Virus record (IMG/VR): IMGVR_UViG_3300030101_003361
Span: 1-64,000 of that record
Reading direction: 5' to 3' (one strand)
Source of the DNA: an uncultured virus (IMG/VR IMGVR_UViG_3300030101_003361)
Lineage: Duplodnaviria; Heunggongvirae; Uroviricota; Caudoviricetes
Length of the DNA: 64,000 bases
Positions within the stretch are counted from its first letter, which is position 1; each line of letters starts with the position of its first letter. Below the pieces are notes generated by a model. The model saw only the letters and a program-made list of their open reading frames with translations. It had not been told where the DNA came from and did no database searches. This document shows, piece after piece, positions 9,698 to 19,695 of the stretch. The position numbers were made by a program, and so were the translations under genes.

Positions 9698-10506
9698 TGC
9701 CAATAAACATACAACATGACGCTGCTTCCGCTTTAAAAGTAGGCCATGAAAATGTTTCGGCTGGTTATGTAGGACATGAGCAGGTATATCCTAATACCGT
9801 TGAAATAAGTAACTTTAGATTTCCAACTACAAATGCTGGTGTGTTAAGAACAGGAAACGTTCCTGTTGGAGGGGCTGCACTTTCGGATGATTATAATGTA
9901 GAAATAACTGGTCCTATAGGAGCAACATTTACATTAGCAGGTATAAATACTGTAAATTCAGGTCAATTTAGTAATCCTTATACCCTAACATCTTCACCAT
10001 TTCGTTTTGATGTTGTTATAGGTAGTAATAATGTTTGTGATTCCTCCTTTACATCACCGGGTGTAGTTATAACTCCTACAGGAAGCACACAATTAGCTTC
10101 AGGTATAAATGCTACACAAGCTATAGGTCAAACTGCAGGTACGGTTTCATCTTCATTTACCCCTTCTGTATCTTTTTCTGTTACAGAAAATAGTAGAGTT
10201 TTAACTTACGTAGGTGGATCACCTTTTTTTACAGGAGGATCATCCTGGACAGTTACAGCTACAGTGGGTGTAGATACTACAAAAGTTAGTTACTATACTC
10301 TTGGATGGTATAGAGGAAATGGAACTACCAGTACATATGGAACGACTATAGCTAATAATGCTGGCTCTGGTACTTATACTTTTAGTTTAACAGGTGGCAC
10401 AGCGGGATATGTTAGGTTTCATGTTAATACATATGCTATTTCATCCCCTCCTAATTGTTATACTGCTAGTCCTTTTAAAACATCTACATCAAATTATTAT
10501 CCATAA
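9697..10506 (+). CDS. virion structural / fibre protein
   Basis: 269 aa, T/S/G-rich; LKVG..NV..GYVG..QVYP N-terminal motif. Confidence 0.65.
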   Translation: MPINIQHDAASALKVGHENVSAGYVGHEQVYPNTVEISNFRFPTTNAGVLRTGNVPVGGAALSDDYNVEITGPIGATFTLAGINTVNSGQFSNPYTLTSSPFRFDVVIGSNNVCDSSFTSPGVVITPTGSTQLASGINATQAIGQTAGTVSSSFTPSVSFSVTENSRVLTYVGGSPFFTGGSSWTVTATVGVDTTKVSYYTLGWYRGNGTTSTYGTTIANNAGSGTYTFSLTGGTAGYVRFHVNTYAISSPPNCYTASPFKTSTSNYYP

Positions 10507-11216
10507 TGTCTAGAATACAACAGTTGCCTTTAGATACCACTATCACTGGTGGCGATAAACTAGTAGGAACAGATGTTGGTAATAACAATGCTACTAAAGC
10601 ATACCAAATTGAAACTATTGCTGCATTTTTTGCACAAACAGGAGCGGCTGATCCTCTTAGATCAGGATTACAATATAATTATGCTGGTAAATATACAAAT
10701 AATACAATTGCTTCAGGTGAATTTAGGTATCAAGTAGACCCTACCGCACCCTCGGCCTTTGGTTGGGCTAATATAACCGGTATAGCTGTTAGCAGATACA
10801 ATAGAAATTTAGTTGATATAAATCCTATAATAGATTTATTTACAAATCAACTAATAAGACTTACAGATGTTGATACATCTAGTAATAAAAGTTATGCAAT
10901 ATATGAGGTTGGTATTAAAACAGATTTAACAGGTGCATATTTATTAGCATTAACACATAGAGGTAGTGCTGGAACACCGGTTGGTGGAGTAACTTCAATA
11001 GCACCATCTGGTTTTACAAATGAAACAACATTTACATTTACGCAAGGTACATTGAGTGACACATGGACAATAAATCATAATTTAGATAGATTCCCAAGTG
11101 TTACCGTAGTAGATAATTCCAACAATATAGTAGTTGGCGCCGTAACATATAACAATTCAAACCAAATAGTTATTTCCTTTTCAGAAACAGTAATAGGAAA
11201 AGCATATTTAAACTAA
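10506..11216 (+). CDS. virion structural protein
   Basis: C-terminal WTINHNL.RFPSVTVVD...G.AYLN domain. Confidence 0.7.
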   Translation: MSRIQQLPLDTTITGGDKLVGTDVGNNNATKAYQIETIAAFFAQTGAADPLRSGLQYNYAGKYTNNTIASGEFRYQVDPTAPSAFGWANITGIAVSRYNRNLVDINPIIDLFTNQLIRLTDVDTSSNKSYAIYEVGIKTDLTGAYLLALTHRGSAGTPVGGVTSIAPSGFTNETTFTFTQGTLSDTWTINHNLDRFPSVTVVDNSNNIVVGAVTYNNSNQIVISFSETVIGKAYLN

Positions 11217-11222
11217 AAAAAA

Positions 11223-12176
11223 ATGGCAATAAAATATTTAAACAGTTTAGATTTAAACAAAAATCAGTTACAAAATGCTGTTATACAAACTGCATCTTCT
11301 GATCCGTCTTCACCTGTTGCAGGGCAAATATATTATAACACTACAGATAATGTTATAAAGTTTTACAATGGATCAGCTTTTGTAAGTGCTGGTGGTGATT
11401 TAACTGCTGTAACAAGTGCAACAACAAATCAACTTACTGTAGCAAATGAAACAGGTCCAGCACCTGCATTAACTGTTGTAACGGGAGCTGTTGCAAATAA
11501 TGGCACTGCACTTGCCACAGGAGATCAAATATATGATTTTGTAACAACAGGTATTAATGCAAGAATACAAAATGTTACAAACCCAACAGGTGCACAGGAT
11601 GCAGCAACTAAAGCATATGTTGATAGTGTTGCTACAGGATTATTAGAATATAAAGGAGGATATAATGCTTCAACTAATTCACCCGCATTAACAGGTGGGT
11701 CTAACATTGCAAGTGATGCAGGAGATACATATACTGTAACTGCAGATGGTACTTTTATAAGTGAGCAGGTTAGAATTGGTGATTTAATTATAGTTGAAGA
11801 AGCAATATCAGCTAGCTCAACTCCTGCACTTTCAAAATTTACAATTGTACAATCTAATGTAGATTTAGCAACTGCTGCCGCTACAGCGGGCGCTGCTGTA
11901 AAAGGTATTTCAGGTTATGACTCAAATAACTTTTCTGTATCTAGCGGTTTTGTATCACTCAAAAAGTTTTCAGCTAATATAGGTGATGGTTCTAATACGT
12001 CATATACAGTAAATCATGCACTTGGTTCAAGAGATGTAATTGTACAACTATATGACAATTCGTCTTATGATACAGTTATTGCAGATGTGGTAAGAACAGA
12101 TACAAATAATGTAACAGTCTCATTTACCGCAGCACCATCTACAAATGATATAAGAGTGCTTATACAAAAAATTTAA
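11223..12176 (+). CDS. tail fibre protein
   Basis: PSSPVAGQIYYNTT and DAATKAYVD fibre motifs; C-terminal VNHALGSRDVIVQ domain. Confidence 0.8.
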   Translation: MAIKYLNSLDLNKNQLQNAVIQTASSDPSSPVAGQIYYNTTDNVIKFYNGSAFVSAGGDLTAVTSATTNQLTVANETGPAPALTVVTGAVANNGTALATGDQIYDFVTTGINARIQNVTNPTGAQDAATKAYVDSVATGLLEYKGGYNASTNSPALTGGSNIASDAGDTYTVTADGTFISEQVRIGDLIIVEEAISASSTPALSKFTIVQSNVDLATAAATAGAAVKGISGYDSNNFSVSSGFVSLKKFSANIGDGSNTSYTVNHALGSRDVIVQLYDNSSYDTVIADVVRTDTNNVTVSFTAAPSTNDIRVLIQKI

Positions 12177-12179
12177 TAC

Positions 12180-14567
12180 ATGGGTCTAAAATTTAAGTCA
12201 CCATTAGAAATTTCCGGGCATAGAGCTATAGAACATAGTGATAATCCTCAGATTCTTATAGTAAAAGTAGTTACAAAAACCGCTGCACATCCTTATTTTG
12301 GTGTTGGTAGTACTTTAGGCTACACTATAAATGGTGTTGAAAGTCCTTATCTTGAATTTACTCCAGGTAATACTTATAGATTTGATCAATCTCATAGTTC
12401 AAACAGTGGGCATCCTCTTAGATTTTATGAAGATGCTGCTAAAACAACATCATATACAACAGGTGTAACTAATAATGATGCTTCGGCTGTACCAGGAAAT
12501 TCAGGTGCATATACACAAATTATACCAACATATTCTATACCTCCTGTATTACACTATCAATGTTCCAACCATGGGTATATGGGTAGCTGTACTAAATATG
12601 GTACTGGCACTGTAGGTGACACATATTCTATAAATGCTACACAAGATGGTAGTAATGTAGATTTAAATTTAGATGCTGCAAGTGGCACAGATTCAACTGT
12701 ACAACTAAATGCTGGTAGTAATATAACTCTTACTAGAGATAATGCTAATCAAGTTACAATAGCATCTACGGCATCTGGTGGTATAAGTGGAATTACAATA
12801 AAAGAAGAAGGTAGTGCTTTATCTACAGCTGCAACAACTTTAGATTTTGTTGGATCAGGTGTAACTGCTTCAGGCACAGGAGCTACTAAAACAATTACTA
12901 TAAGCGGAGGTGGTGGAAGCGGAGGCCAAGTAACTACACAAAAAAATATATCAGGAGACGGTACTACACAGGCTACAGATGGATCAAGAACTCAATTTAC
13001 AATATCATCTACACCTGCTAGTGAAAACAATTTACAAATATATATAGACGGTGTTTACCAATCAAAAAGTGATTTTTCTGTAAGTGGAACAACTGTAACA
13101 CTAGATGCTGCTCCTGCAACAGGAGCTGTATTAGAAATAATACATTTTACTGTTATAGATGCTAATATATTTTTGCAATCACATACTACAGCAAATAACA
13201 GTACAACTTCTTTTTCAGCGGGTGGTGTTATAGCAAATGAAAATGATACACAGGTTTATATAGATGGTGTTTATCAAAGCAAAAGTAATTATTCTGTTTC
13301 TGGAAGTAATGTAGTTTTGAGTACTGCTCCTGCAACAGGTGCAATTGTTGAAATAGTAAATATAAAAGCTAGTGCATCAACTTCTGGTTCTGTAACTTGG
13401 GAAACAGCAATTAAAACAGCTAATTTTACCGCAGCTGCAGGTAAAGGTTATTTTGTAAATACAACATCAAACACTGTAACAGTTAGTTTACCTGCCGGGA
13501 GTTCCGGCGATGAAATACATTTTACAGATTATGCAAGTAATTTTGATACTAATGAACTTATACTTTCTGCTAATGGTAGTCAAAAAATATTAGGAGAAAC
13601 AGATGATCATAAATGTATTACAGAAAATGCTACTGTAAGATTAATATATCAAGATGATATCAAAGGCTGGACTGCTGATAATATTGAAACAACAGTAGTT
13701 GCTGTAACTGTTCATTATTTAGTTGTAGCAGGAGGAGCTGGTGGTGGTCACGTTGGTGGTGGCGGTGGTGGTGGTTACAGAACAAATAATGGAGGTACTG
13801 CTTTAACTTTACAACCCTCTACAAATTATACAGTAACAGTTGGTGCAGGTGGAAATGCTTCAACTTCAACCTCAAGTCCTGCAAATGCTACATCAGGAAG
13901 TAATAGTGTATTTGCAACTATAACATCAGCTGGTGGTGGTTTTGGTGGTGCTAATACAGCTGCTCATACAAACGGAATAGCCGCAGACGGTGGTTCAGGT
14001 GGTGGCGGTGGCTGGGATGGTACAGCAACTCAGAATGCAGGTGGTGATGGTAATGTTCCTAATACTACTCCTTCTCAAGGAAACGATGGTGGGGATGGTG
14101 GTCTTTCTCATCCTTATTATGCTGGCGGCGGCGGTGGTGGAGCCGGTACTGCAGGATCAAATGCAATATATAGCGGTCAAGCTCAAGGCGGTGCTGGAGG
14201 TAATGGAGCGGCTAACTCAATTTCAGGAACTTCTGTTACATATGCAGGAGGAGGAGGCGGCCAAGGTATGCAATGGACAGGCGGTGCAAGTGGGCGTACC
14301 GGTGGTGCTGGAGGCTCCGGAGGCGGCGGCCAAGGCGGTGGATCTACTACGCCTACAGACGGAGGAACTAATTTAGGAGGTGGTGGTGGATCTCCAGGTT
14401 ATGTAACATCAGGTGTTGGAGCAGGTGGATCAGGTGTAGTAATATTAAGTTATCCTAGTGCTTTAACATTAACTGTACCGGGTGGTTTAACAAGTTCTAC
14501 TGCTACGGTTGGATCAAATAAAGTAACAACATTTACGGCAGGAACCGGAAACGTACAATTTAGTTAA
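12180..14567 (+). CDS. glycine-rich tail fibre/spike protein with N-terminal cupredoxin-like domain
   Basis: YIDGVYQSKS tandem repeat; YLVVAGGAGGG...GSGVVILSYP glycine-rich domain. Confidence 0.8.
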   Translation: MGLKFKSPLEISGHRAIEHSDNPQILIVKVVTKTAAHPYFGVGSTLGYTINGVESPYLEFTPGNTYRFDQSHSSNSGHPLRFYEDAAKTTSYTTGVTNNDASAVPGNSGAYTQIIPTYSIPPVLHYQCSNHGYMGSCTKYGTGTVGDTYSINATQDGSNVDLNLDAASGTDSTVQLNAGSNITLTRDNANQVTIASTASGGISGITIKEEGSALSTAATTLDFVGSGVTASGTGATKTITISGGGGSGGQVTTQKNISGDGTTQATDGSRTQFTISSTPASENNLQIYIDGVYQSKSDFSVSGTTVTLDAAPATGAVLEIIHFTVIDANIFLQSHTTANNSTTSFSAGGVIANENDTQVYIDGVYQSKSNYSVSGSNVVLSTAPATGAIVEIVNIKASASTSGSVTWETAIKTANFTAAAGKGYFVNTTSNTVTVSLPAGSSGDEIHFTDYASNFDTNELILSANGSQKILGETDDHKCITENATVRLIYQDDIKGWTADNIETTVVAVTVHYLVVAGGAGGGHVGGGGGGGYRTNNGGTALTLQPSTNYTVTVGAGGNASTSTSSPANATSGSNSVFATITSAGGGFGGANTAAHTNGIAADGGSGGGGGWDGTATQNAGGDGNVPNTTPSQGNDGGDGGLSHPYYAGGGGGGAGTAGSNAIYSGQAQGGAGGNGAANSISGTSVTYAGGGGGQGMQWTGGASGRTGGAGGSGGGGQGGGSTTPTDGGTNLGGGGGSPGYVTSGVGAGGSGVVILSYPSALTLTVPGGLTSSTATVGSNKVTTFTAGTGNVQFS

Positions 14568-14569
14568 AT

Positions 14570-14941
14570 ATGGCACATTACGCTTTTTTAAATATGCAAA
14601 ATATCGTTACTGAAGTTATAGTAGGTAAAGATGAAACAGAAGGCCCTACAAATTGGGAGATGCATTACGGTAATATTCGTGAGCAGGTTTGTAAAAGAAC
14701 ATCTTATAATACTTCAGGGGGAAAACATAGAAATGAGGGTACACCTTTTAGAAAAAATTTTGCAGGTATTGGATTTACATATGATTACGCAAGAGATGCA
14801 TTTATACCACCTAAACCTTTTGATAGTTGGGTATTAAACGAAAATACATGTCAGTGGGATCCTCCTATAGAAGAACCTTCTAAGGATAAATTATATAGAT
14901 GGGATGAAGAAAATAAAGCATGGTTAGAACTTAAAAGATAA
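14570..14941 (+). CDS. fibre-associated protein
   Basis: MAHYA, TSYN, FRKNFAGIG..YD..RDAFIPPKP..SW and Y.WDE motifs; commonly follows glycine-rich fibre genes. Confidence 0.7.
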   Translation: MAHYAFLNMQNIVTEVIVGKDETEGPTNWEMHYGNIREQVCKRTSYNTSGGKHRNEGTPFRKNFAGIGFTYDYARDAFIPPKPFDSWVLNENTCQWDPPIEEPSKDKLYRWDEENKAWLELKR

Positions 14942-14944
14942 AAA

Positions 14945-15304
14945 ATGGCATTAACAAAAGTAACACATAACGTTTTAGAAAGCAGATATACAGGGTCTAG
15001 CGCTTTATCATCAGCAGCAGCAGTAACTGTAGATAGTTCTGCAGCTAATGTATTTACGATAACAGCAGGCCATAGTATAACATTTAATTTTACTAATGTA
15101 AAAATAGGTGATGTTAAAACAATTATAGTAACTGGAGGTGGTGGTTCTTATACATTGACACTTGGAACAATAAATGGATCTTCTGGTACTTATAATAATT
15201 TAGGGGGTACCTATGACGACACAGGTAGTACTAAAAATATAGTAGAAATAAAGTTTGTGTCAACCTCGGAAGCATGGTATCAAATTTCAAAAGCGGCAAG
15301 TTAA
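14945..15304 (+). CDS. virion structural protein
   Basis: MALTKV start, beta-rich composition. Confidence 0.65.
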   Translation: MALTKVTHNVLESRYTGSSALSSAAAVTVDSSAANVFTITAGHSITFNFTNVKIGDVKTIIVTGGGGSYTLTLGTINGSSGTYNNLGGTYDDTGSTKNIVEIKFVSTSEAWYQISKAAS

Positions 15305-15305
15305 T

Positions 15306-15701
15306 ATGGCAAGAGTAAAAGTTATAAATGGTAAGCCGGTGGTATTTAATAAACTACCAGAAGTTTGGCAAGGTATAAATGGCCATTATTTAAATTTTGA
15401 TAAAATGAGCGAAGATATATGGCTTGAAAATGAATTTTTTGAACTCAAACTTCCTGAATATAATCCAGAAAATCAAAAGCTATTTAATTTACATTTTAAT
15501 AGTGGAACAAACGTATACACATATAATGTTAAAGATTTGGAACAAATATCTGAGCTTGATAAAGAAAAAAATAAAAAAATAGCTTCTTTAAGAAAAAATA
15601 GTAAAATTGATACTATATCAAACTCTGTATTTGAAAAAGAAACAAACATAAGAGAATTAGATACAATAGACAAAGTAAAAAACTTTGATATAACAATTTA
15701 A
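15306..15701 (+). CDS. hypothetical, possible tail fibre assembly protein
   Basis: ATG at 15306 directly after the upstream stop; PEYNPENQKL motif. Confidence 0.55.
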   Translation: MARVKVINGKPVVFNKLPEVWQGINGHYLNFDKMSEDIWLENEFFELKLPEYNPENQKLFNLHFNSGTNVYTYNVKDLEQISELDKEKNKKIASLRKNSKIDTISNSVFEKETNIRELDTIDKVKNFDITI

Positions 15702-15702
15702 T

Positions 15703-18543
15703 ATGGCCCTTGACCAAAAATTTTTTAAAAAATCTACATCCGCTAGTTCTGGATTAGCAGACCAAGAGCAAGGACTTGTTTTACATTTAGATGCTAATGA
15801 TGTAGATTCGTATGACGGTGATGGGTCTGTTTGGTATGATATTACAAAACATGAAGTAAATATACCTCTTATAGATAAAGCAGATAATTTACAACTTCAT
15901 TTAAATGCAAGTGATACGACTTCTTATGGTGGTAGTGGTTCAACTTGGACAGATATAAGTCAAAATACAAATAATGCTACAAAAGTAAATGGTCCAACTT
16001 ATGGCTCTGACTTAAGAGGATATTTTGACATGGATGGTTCTGATGATATATTTGAAATTAGCTATGACGCTAGTTTATATATGACAGCTAATACAGGTTT
16101 TGCAATAGAAACTTGGGTTAACAGAGATAGTGATGCTGAAGGATATATAATAGCAAGTAGAGATAGCACTAATTTTCCTTATGCTCTACAGTGGAATAGT
16201 TCCACTCATGGTTACTATGGTTGGATTTGTGGAAGTACTGCAACGGCTTCTGCAAATGTTGGACTAAGTGAAAATACAACTAATGGAGTAGGAAATTGGG
16301 ACCACGTTGTAATCACTCAATCAAGTAGTGATAGAAAAAACAGATTATATGTAAATGGTACATTAACAGCTACCTCATCTGCAGTAACAGGAGTGCATTC
16401 TACATCTAGTAATGTTTATATAGGTGCTTATCATCAAGGAGCTGTTAAATTTAACGGTAAAATAGGTGTAGTTAGAATTTATAATTTAGAGCTAACAGCA
16501 GATCAAGTAGGACAAAACTTTAGAGCAGGTAATTTTATAAATTACTCATCTATAATTACATCTAAACACGAAGCAACTTTAGGAGATATATATACAAGTA
16601 ATTTACAATTTGACCTGGACGCAAATAATTATACAAGTGGGTCTACTTTAACAGATGCCCAGGGAAATCATAATGGTACAATTACTAATGCAACTCATAC
16701 TAATGATAATAACTCTGATTATTTTGTACTAGATGGAAATGATGACTATATAACAATAGCACACAATAATCTTTTTCATATGACAGCTGATTGTTCTTGG
16801 GAGTTTTTAATTAAAAGAAACTCAACAACTAATGAACAACAAATAGCATATTATGGTAGCGGTATAACTTGGCCCAATGCAGGGTCTAATACTAGATGGT
16901 TTTTTAATTATGCTAATCAAGGTGGGTATGGTTTTTATTTTTATAATTATGATACTGCAAGCTATGTTACTAGTGGTAATATAAATTCTAATAATTTAAC
17001 AGGTGAATATGAACATCTTATTATTACTTGGGATGTAAGCGCGAAAAAATATCAACTTTATTATAACGGCGTTTTAACTGAAAATTTAAATGTAGTAGGG
17101 TCTGGAACAGTTGGAGATCATTCTGTTACAAATGAACCTTTATATTTAGGTAGAGCAAATGGGTATACAGGACAACCAGCTCTTAATGGAAATTTTGCTA
17201 TTGCAAGATTTTATACATCAACATTAAATGCAACTCAAGTATTACAAAATTACAATGCTATTAAACCTCTATATAAAAATGTAACAGCTCTTATTGACTA
17301 TAGACCAGATCAATATTCTGGATCAGGCACTAGTATAACTAATTTAGGTAGCTTATCAAATAATGCTGTATTAACAGGTGGGCTTGAATCTACATATGAT
17401 AAAGAGTTAGGTGACTCTTTCTTTTGTGATGGCACTAGCAATAAAGCTGTTGAAACAGCATCGAATGTAGTGTTAAATCAACTTACAGATGGATATAGCT
17501 GGGAGTTTTGGGCAACGTTTACATCAAATACTCAAGGCTATGTAGCTTCTTTTAATTATTCTACTACTTATTATAATATATCTTTTAGAGGAAATTCTAA
17601 TGGTGGATTAGCTATTTTGACAGTACCTAGTACACCTTCTGGTAATAATACTATAGAAATTGGTAAGTGGGTTCATGTAGCTGCTACAGTAGATTCTAAT
17701 GGATATAAAATTTATTTAAATGGTATACTAAAGGGTTCGCTATCTCAAGCACCACCAAATGCTAATTTAAATAGTAAACTTTATTTTGGGCGTTATCATT
17801 CCTCAAGTAATGCGGATGCTAGGCATGTAGGAAATTTAGGCGACATGCGTTTTTACAAAGGAGCGCTAACAGCAGATCAAGTAGCACAAAATTATTTAGC
17901 TACAAAAAGTAAATATACTAATGGTAATAATGCCACTATTACTGGAGCTAGTTGGAATACAAATAGCAGTCCTGCTTATAATTATTTTACTTTTGATGGC
18001 TCTAATGATAAAATGGAGATAGTACATAGTAGTGATGTTCAAATAGACGGGCCATATACTTGGATGTTTTGGTTTAGGCCACATAGTACAAATTCAGGTA
18101 AATATTTAATGAGTAAAGTTCAGGCATCACAATACGGGCAAAATATTCTTTTACAATCTAGTAATGTTATAAGATTTACAGGATATTCATCTGGCGGTTA
18201 TGGCTCAAGACACGAAACCGCTACAAGTGCTTTTACAGATAATGCTTGGCAACATTTAGCTATTACAATTGAAGGAAATAGCAGTGGGGATGATGTTGAT
18301 TTTTTTATAAACGGAAGTCAGGTTAGTCATTCAACTGGTACATATTCATCAGCAACGTTAACACAAGATCAAGCGTCTAATACAAGTAATTCAAATTTAT
18401 TTTTAGGTGCATATCAATTTGGTAGTTCTCCAAATCATTTTTTTGATGGTGATATTGGTTATTTTAAATGTTTTAAAAAACAATTATCTAGTGCAGAAGT
18501 ATTAGCAGAATATAATTCAACTAAAGGAAAATACGGACTTTAA
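15703..18543 (+). CDS. multi-LamG (concanavalin A-like lectin) receptor-binding protein
   Basis: Four repeats with W.HV..T, LY.NG, L.IG and L...QV.QN motifs. Confidence 0.85.
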   Translation: MALDQKFFKKSTSASSGLADQEQGLVLHLDANDVDSYDGDGSVWYDITKHEVNIPLIDKADNLQLHLNASDTTSYGGSGSTWTDISQNTNNATKVNGPTYGSDLRGYFDMDGSDDIFEISYDASLYMTANTGFAIETWVNRDSDAEGYIIASRDSTNFPYALQWNSSTHGYYGWICGSTATASANVGLSENTTNGVGNWDHVVITQSSSDRKNRLYVNGTLTATSSAVTGVHSTSSNVYIGAYHQGAVKFNGKIGVVRIYNLELTADQVGQNFRAGNFINYSSIITSKHEATLGDIYTSNLQFDLDANNYTSGSTLTDAQGNHNGTITNATHTNDNNSDYFVLDGNDDYITIAHNNLFHMTADCSWEFLIKRNSTTNEQQIAYYGSGITWPNAGSNTRWFFNYANQGGYGFYFYNYDTASYVTSGNINSNNLTGEYEHLIITWDVSAKKYQLYYNGVLTENLNVVGSGTVGDHSVTNEPLYLGRANGYTGQPALNGNFAIARFYTSTLNATQVLQNYNAIKPLYKNVTALIDYRPDQYSGSGTSITNLGSLSNNAVLTGGLESTYDKELGDSFFCDGTSNKAVETASNVVLNQLTDGYSWEFWATFTSNTQGYVASFNYSTTYYNISFRGNSNGGLAILTVPSTPSGNNTIEIGKWVHVAATVDSNGYKIYLNGILKGSLSQAPPNANLNSKLYFGRYHSSSNADARHVGNLGDMRFYKGALTADQVAQNYLATKSKYTNGNNATITGASWNTNSSPAYNYFTFDGSNDKMEIVHSSDVQIDGPYTWMFWFRPHSTNSGKYLMSKVQASQYGQNILLQSSNVIRFTGYSSGGYGSRHETATSAFTDNAWQHLAITIEGNSSGDDVDFFINGSQVSHSTGTYSSATLTQDQASNTSNSNLFLGAYQFGSSPNHFFDGDIGYFKCFKKQLSSAEVLAEYNSTKGKYGL

Positions 18544-18552
18544 TTAAATAAT

Positions 18553-18963
18553 ATGAAAAAAAAATTTAAAGATACTGCAGTTGGAAAGTTTTTATTAAAC
18601 AAAATTCCAACTGTAGTCGGATCAATTGCTAGTGGCACACCAGCTGGTGGTATTATAGAAGCTATAATAGGTAGTAGTGAAATGTCTGATGGTGATAAAG
18701 AAATTGCTTTAGAAAAACTAAAACTTGAAAGAGCTGAAATAGATGGGACAACAGAAAGATGGGTGGCAGATGCTGGCTCAGGCGCATGGCTTGCGGCCAA
18801 TGTACGTCCCTTAGTATTAATATTTTTAACAGTGAGCTATGTAATTGGGTGGTACTTAGGTTATCCACTTGATTCAATAACCGGTTTATTAACAATAGTA
18901 ATCGGAGGCTATTTCGGATCGCGAGGCGTGGAGAAAGTCTTTGGAAATAAAATGCACAAATAA
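18553..18963 (+). CDS. holin-like membrane protein (3TM-holin type)
   Basis: RW..D..S..WL..NVRP, TM segments and YFGSRG.EK; in the lysis cluster. Confidence 0.75.
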   Translation: MKKKFKDTAVGKFLLNKIPTVVGSIASGTPAGGIIEAIIGSSEMSDGDKEIALEKLKLERAEIDGTTERWVADAGSGAWLAANVRPLVLIFLTVSYVIGWYLGYPLDSITGLLTIVIGGYFGSRGVEKVFGNKMHK

Positions 18964-18964
18964 A

Positions 18965-19114
18965 ATGCAAGACTTAAGAATTTATGGTATAAGTTTAGGT
19001 GGTATAACTTTTTCTATAATGCCAGATATAAATCCGCTGCTACAAACAGTAGTATTATTATTAACAATAGTATATACCGTAATAGGTATAAAAAATAAAT
19101 TAAATAGTAAATAA
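18965..19114 (+). CDS. small holin-like membrane protein, 49 aa
   Basis: Read manually: MQDLRIYGISLGGITFSIMPDINPLLQTVVLLLTIVYTVIGIKNKLNSK; directly upstream of the endolysin. Confidence 0.65.
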   Translation: MQDLRIYGISLGGITFSIMPDINPLLQTVVLLLTIVYTVIGIKNKLNSK

Positions 19115-19115
19115 A

Positions 19116-19466
19116 ATGCCTTTAAAATATTTTAATGAATCTGAATTTAACGATTTCAAAATGATGAATAAAAAACTTCTTAATATGTTAGATAACTTAC
19201 GAGAAGTATATGGTTCACCAATAAAAATAACATCAAGTTATAGAAGTCCTGATCATCCAATAGAAGCAAAGAAAAAAGCACCAGGTGAACATGCATATGG
19301 TAATGCTGTTGATATTGCAAGTGTTGGAGGTGAGGCAACATTTAAATTAGTTAAAGCAGCTATGGAAGTTGGCTTTACAAGGATAGGAGTAAGTAGAAAA
19401 AATAATTTTGTCCATGTTGGTATCGGTTATCCCGGTGCGCCTGATATAACTCTTTGGACATATTAA
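19116..19466 (+). CDS. peptidase M15A-family endolysin
   Basis: ITSSYR, H..G.AVDI and FVHV Zn-ligand motifs. Confidence 0.85.
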   Translation: MPLKYFNESEFNDFKMMNKKLLNMLDNLREVYGSPIKITSSYRSPDHPIEAKKKAPGEHAYGNAVDIASVGGEATFKLVKAAMEVGFTRIGVSRKNNFVHVGIGYPGAPDITLWTY

Positions 19467-19476
19467 ATTAAATTAA

Positions 19477-19695
19477 ATGAAATTAATAAGAAAAATATCA
19501 ATTGGCCAAGATTATAAAAATGAAGCTATGCATTATTCTGTAGGGCAAGAAGTTTATGGTGGTCATAAAATATGTGATATATTTGAAAAAGAAAACGGGT
19601 ATCATATATATATAGAAAAAGATAATAATCAAATACCGTGGAAACACTTTAATACAAATATGGCTGTTTCAGTAGAATATAATTTAGATTATTAA
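19477..19695 (+). CDS. hypothetical protein
   Basis: 72-aa ORF, TAATG-coupled downstream. Confidence 0.65.
   Translation: MKLIRKISIGQDYKNEAMHYSVGQEVYGGHKICDIFEKENGYHIYIEKDNNQIPWKHFNTNMAVSVEYNLDY

Noticed and set aside
12960..13370. Diversity-generating retroelement or CRISPR-like repeat from the duplicated YIDGVYQSKS segments
   Set aside because: In-frame protein domain duplication with synonymous divergence; no reverse transcriptase, no adenine-specific variation, no spacer array.
13990..14376. 128-aa +1 ORF in the glycine-rich fibre gene
   Set aside because: Val/Ala/Glu-rich shadow of GGN codon runs, which cannot form stops in that frame.
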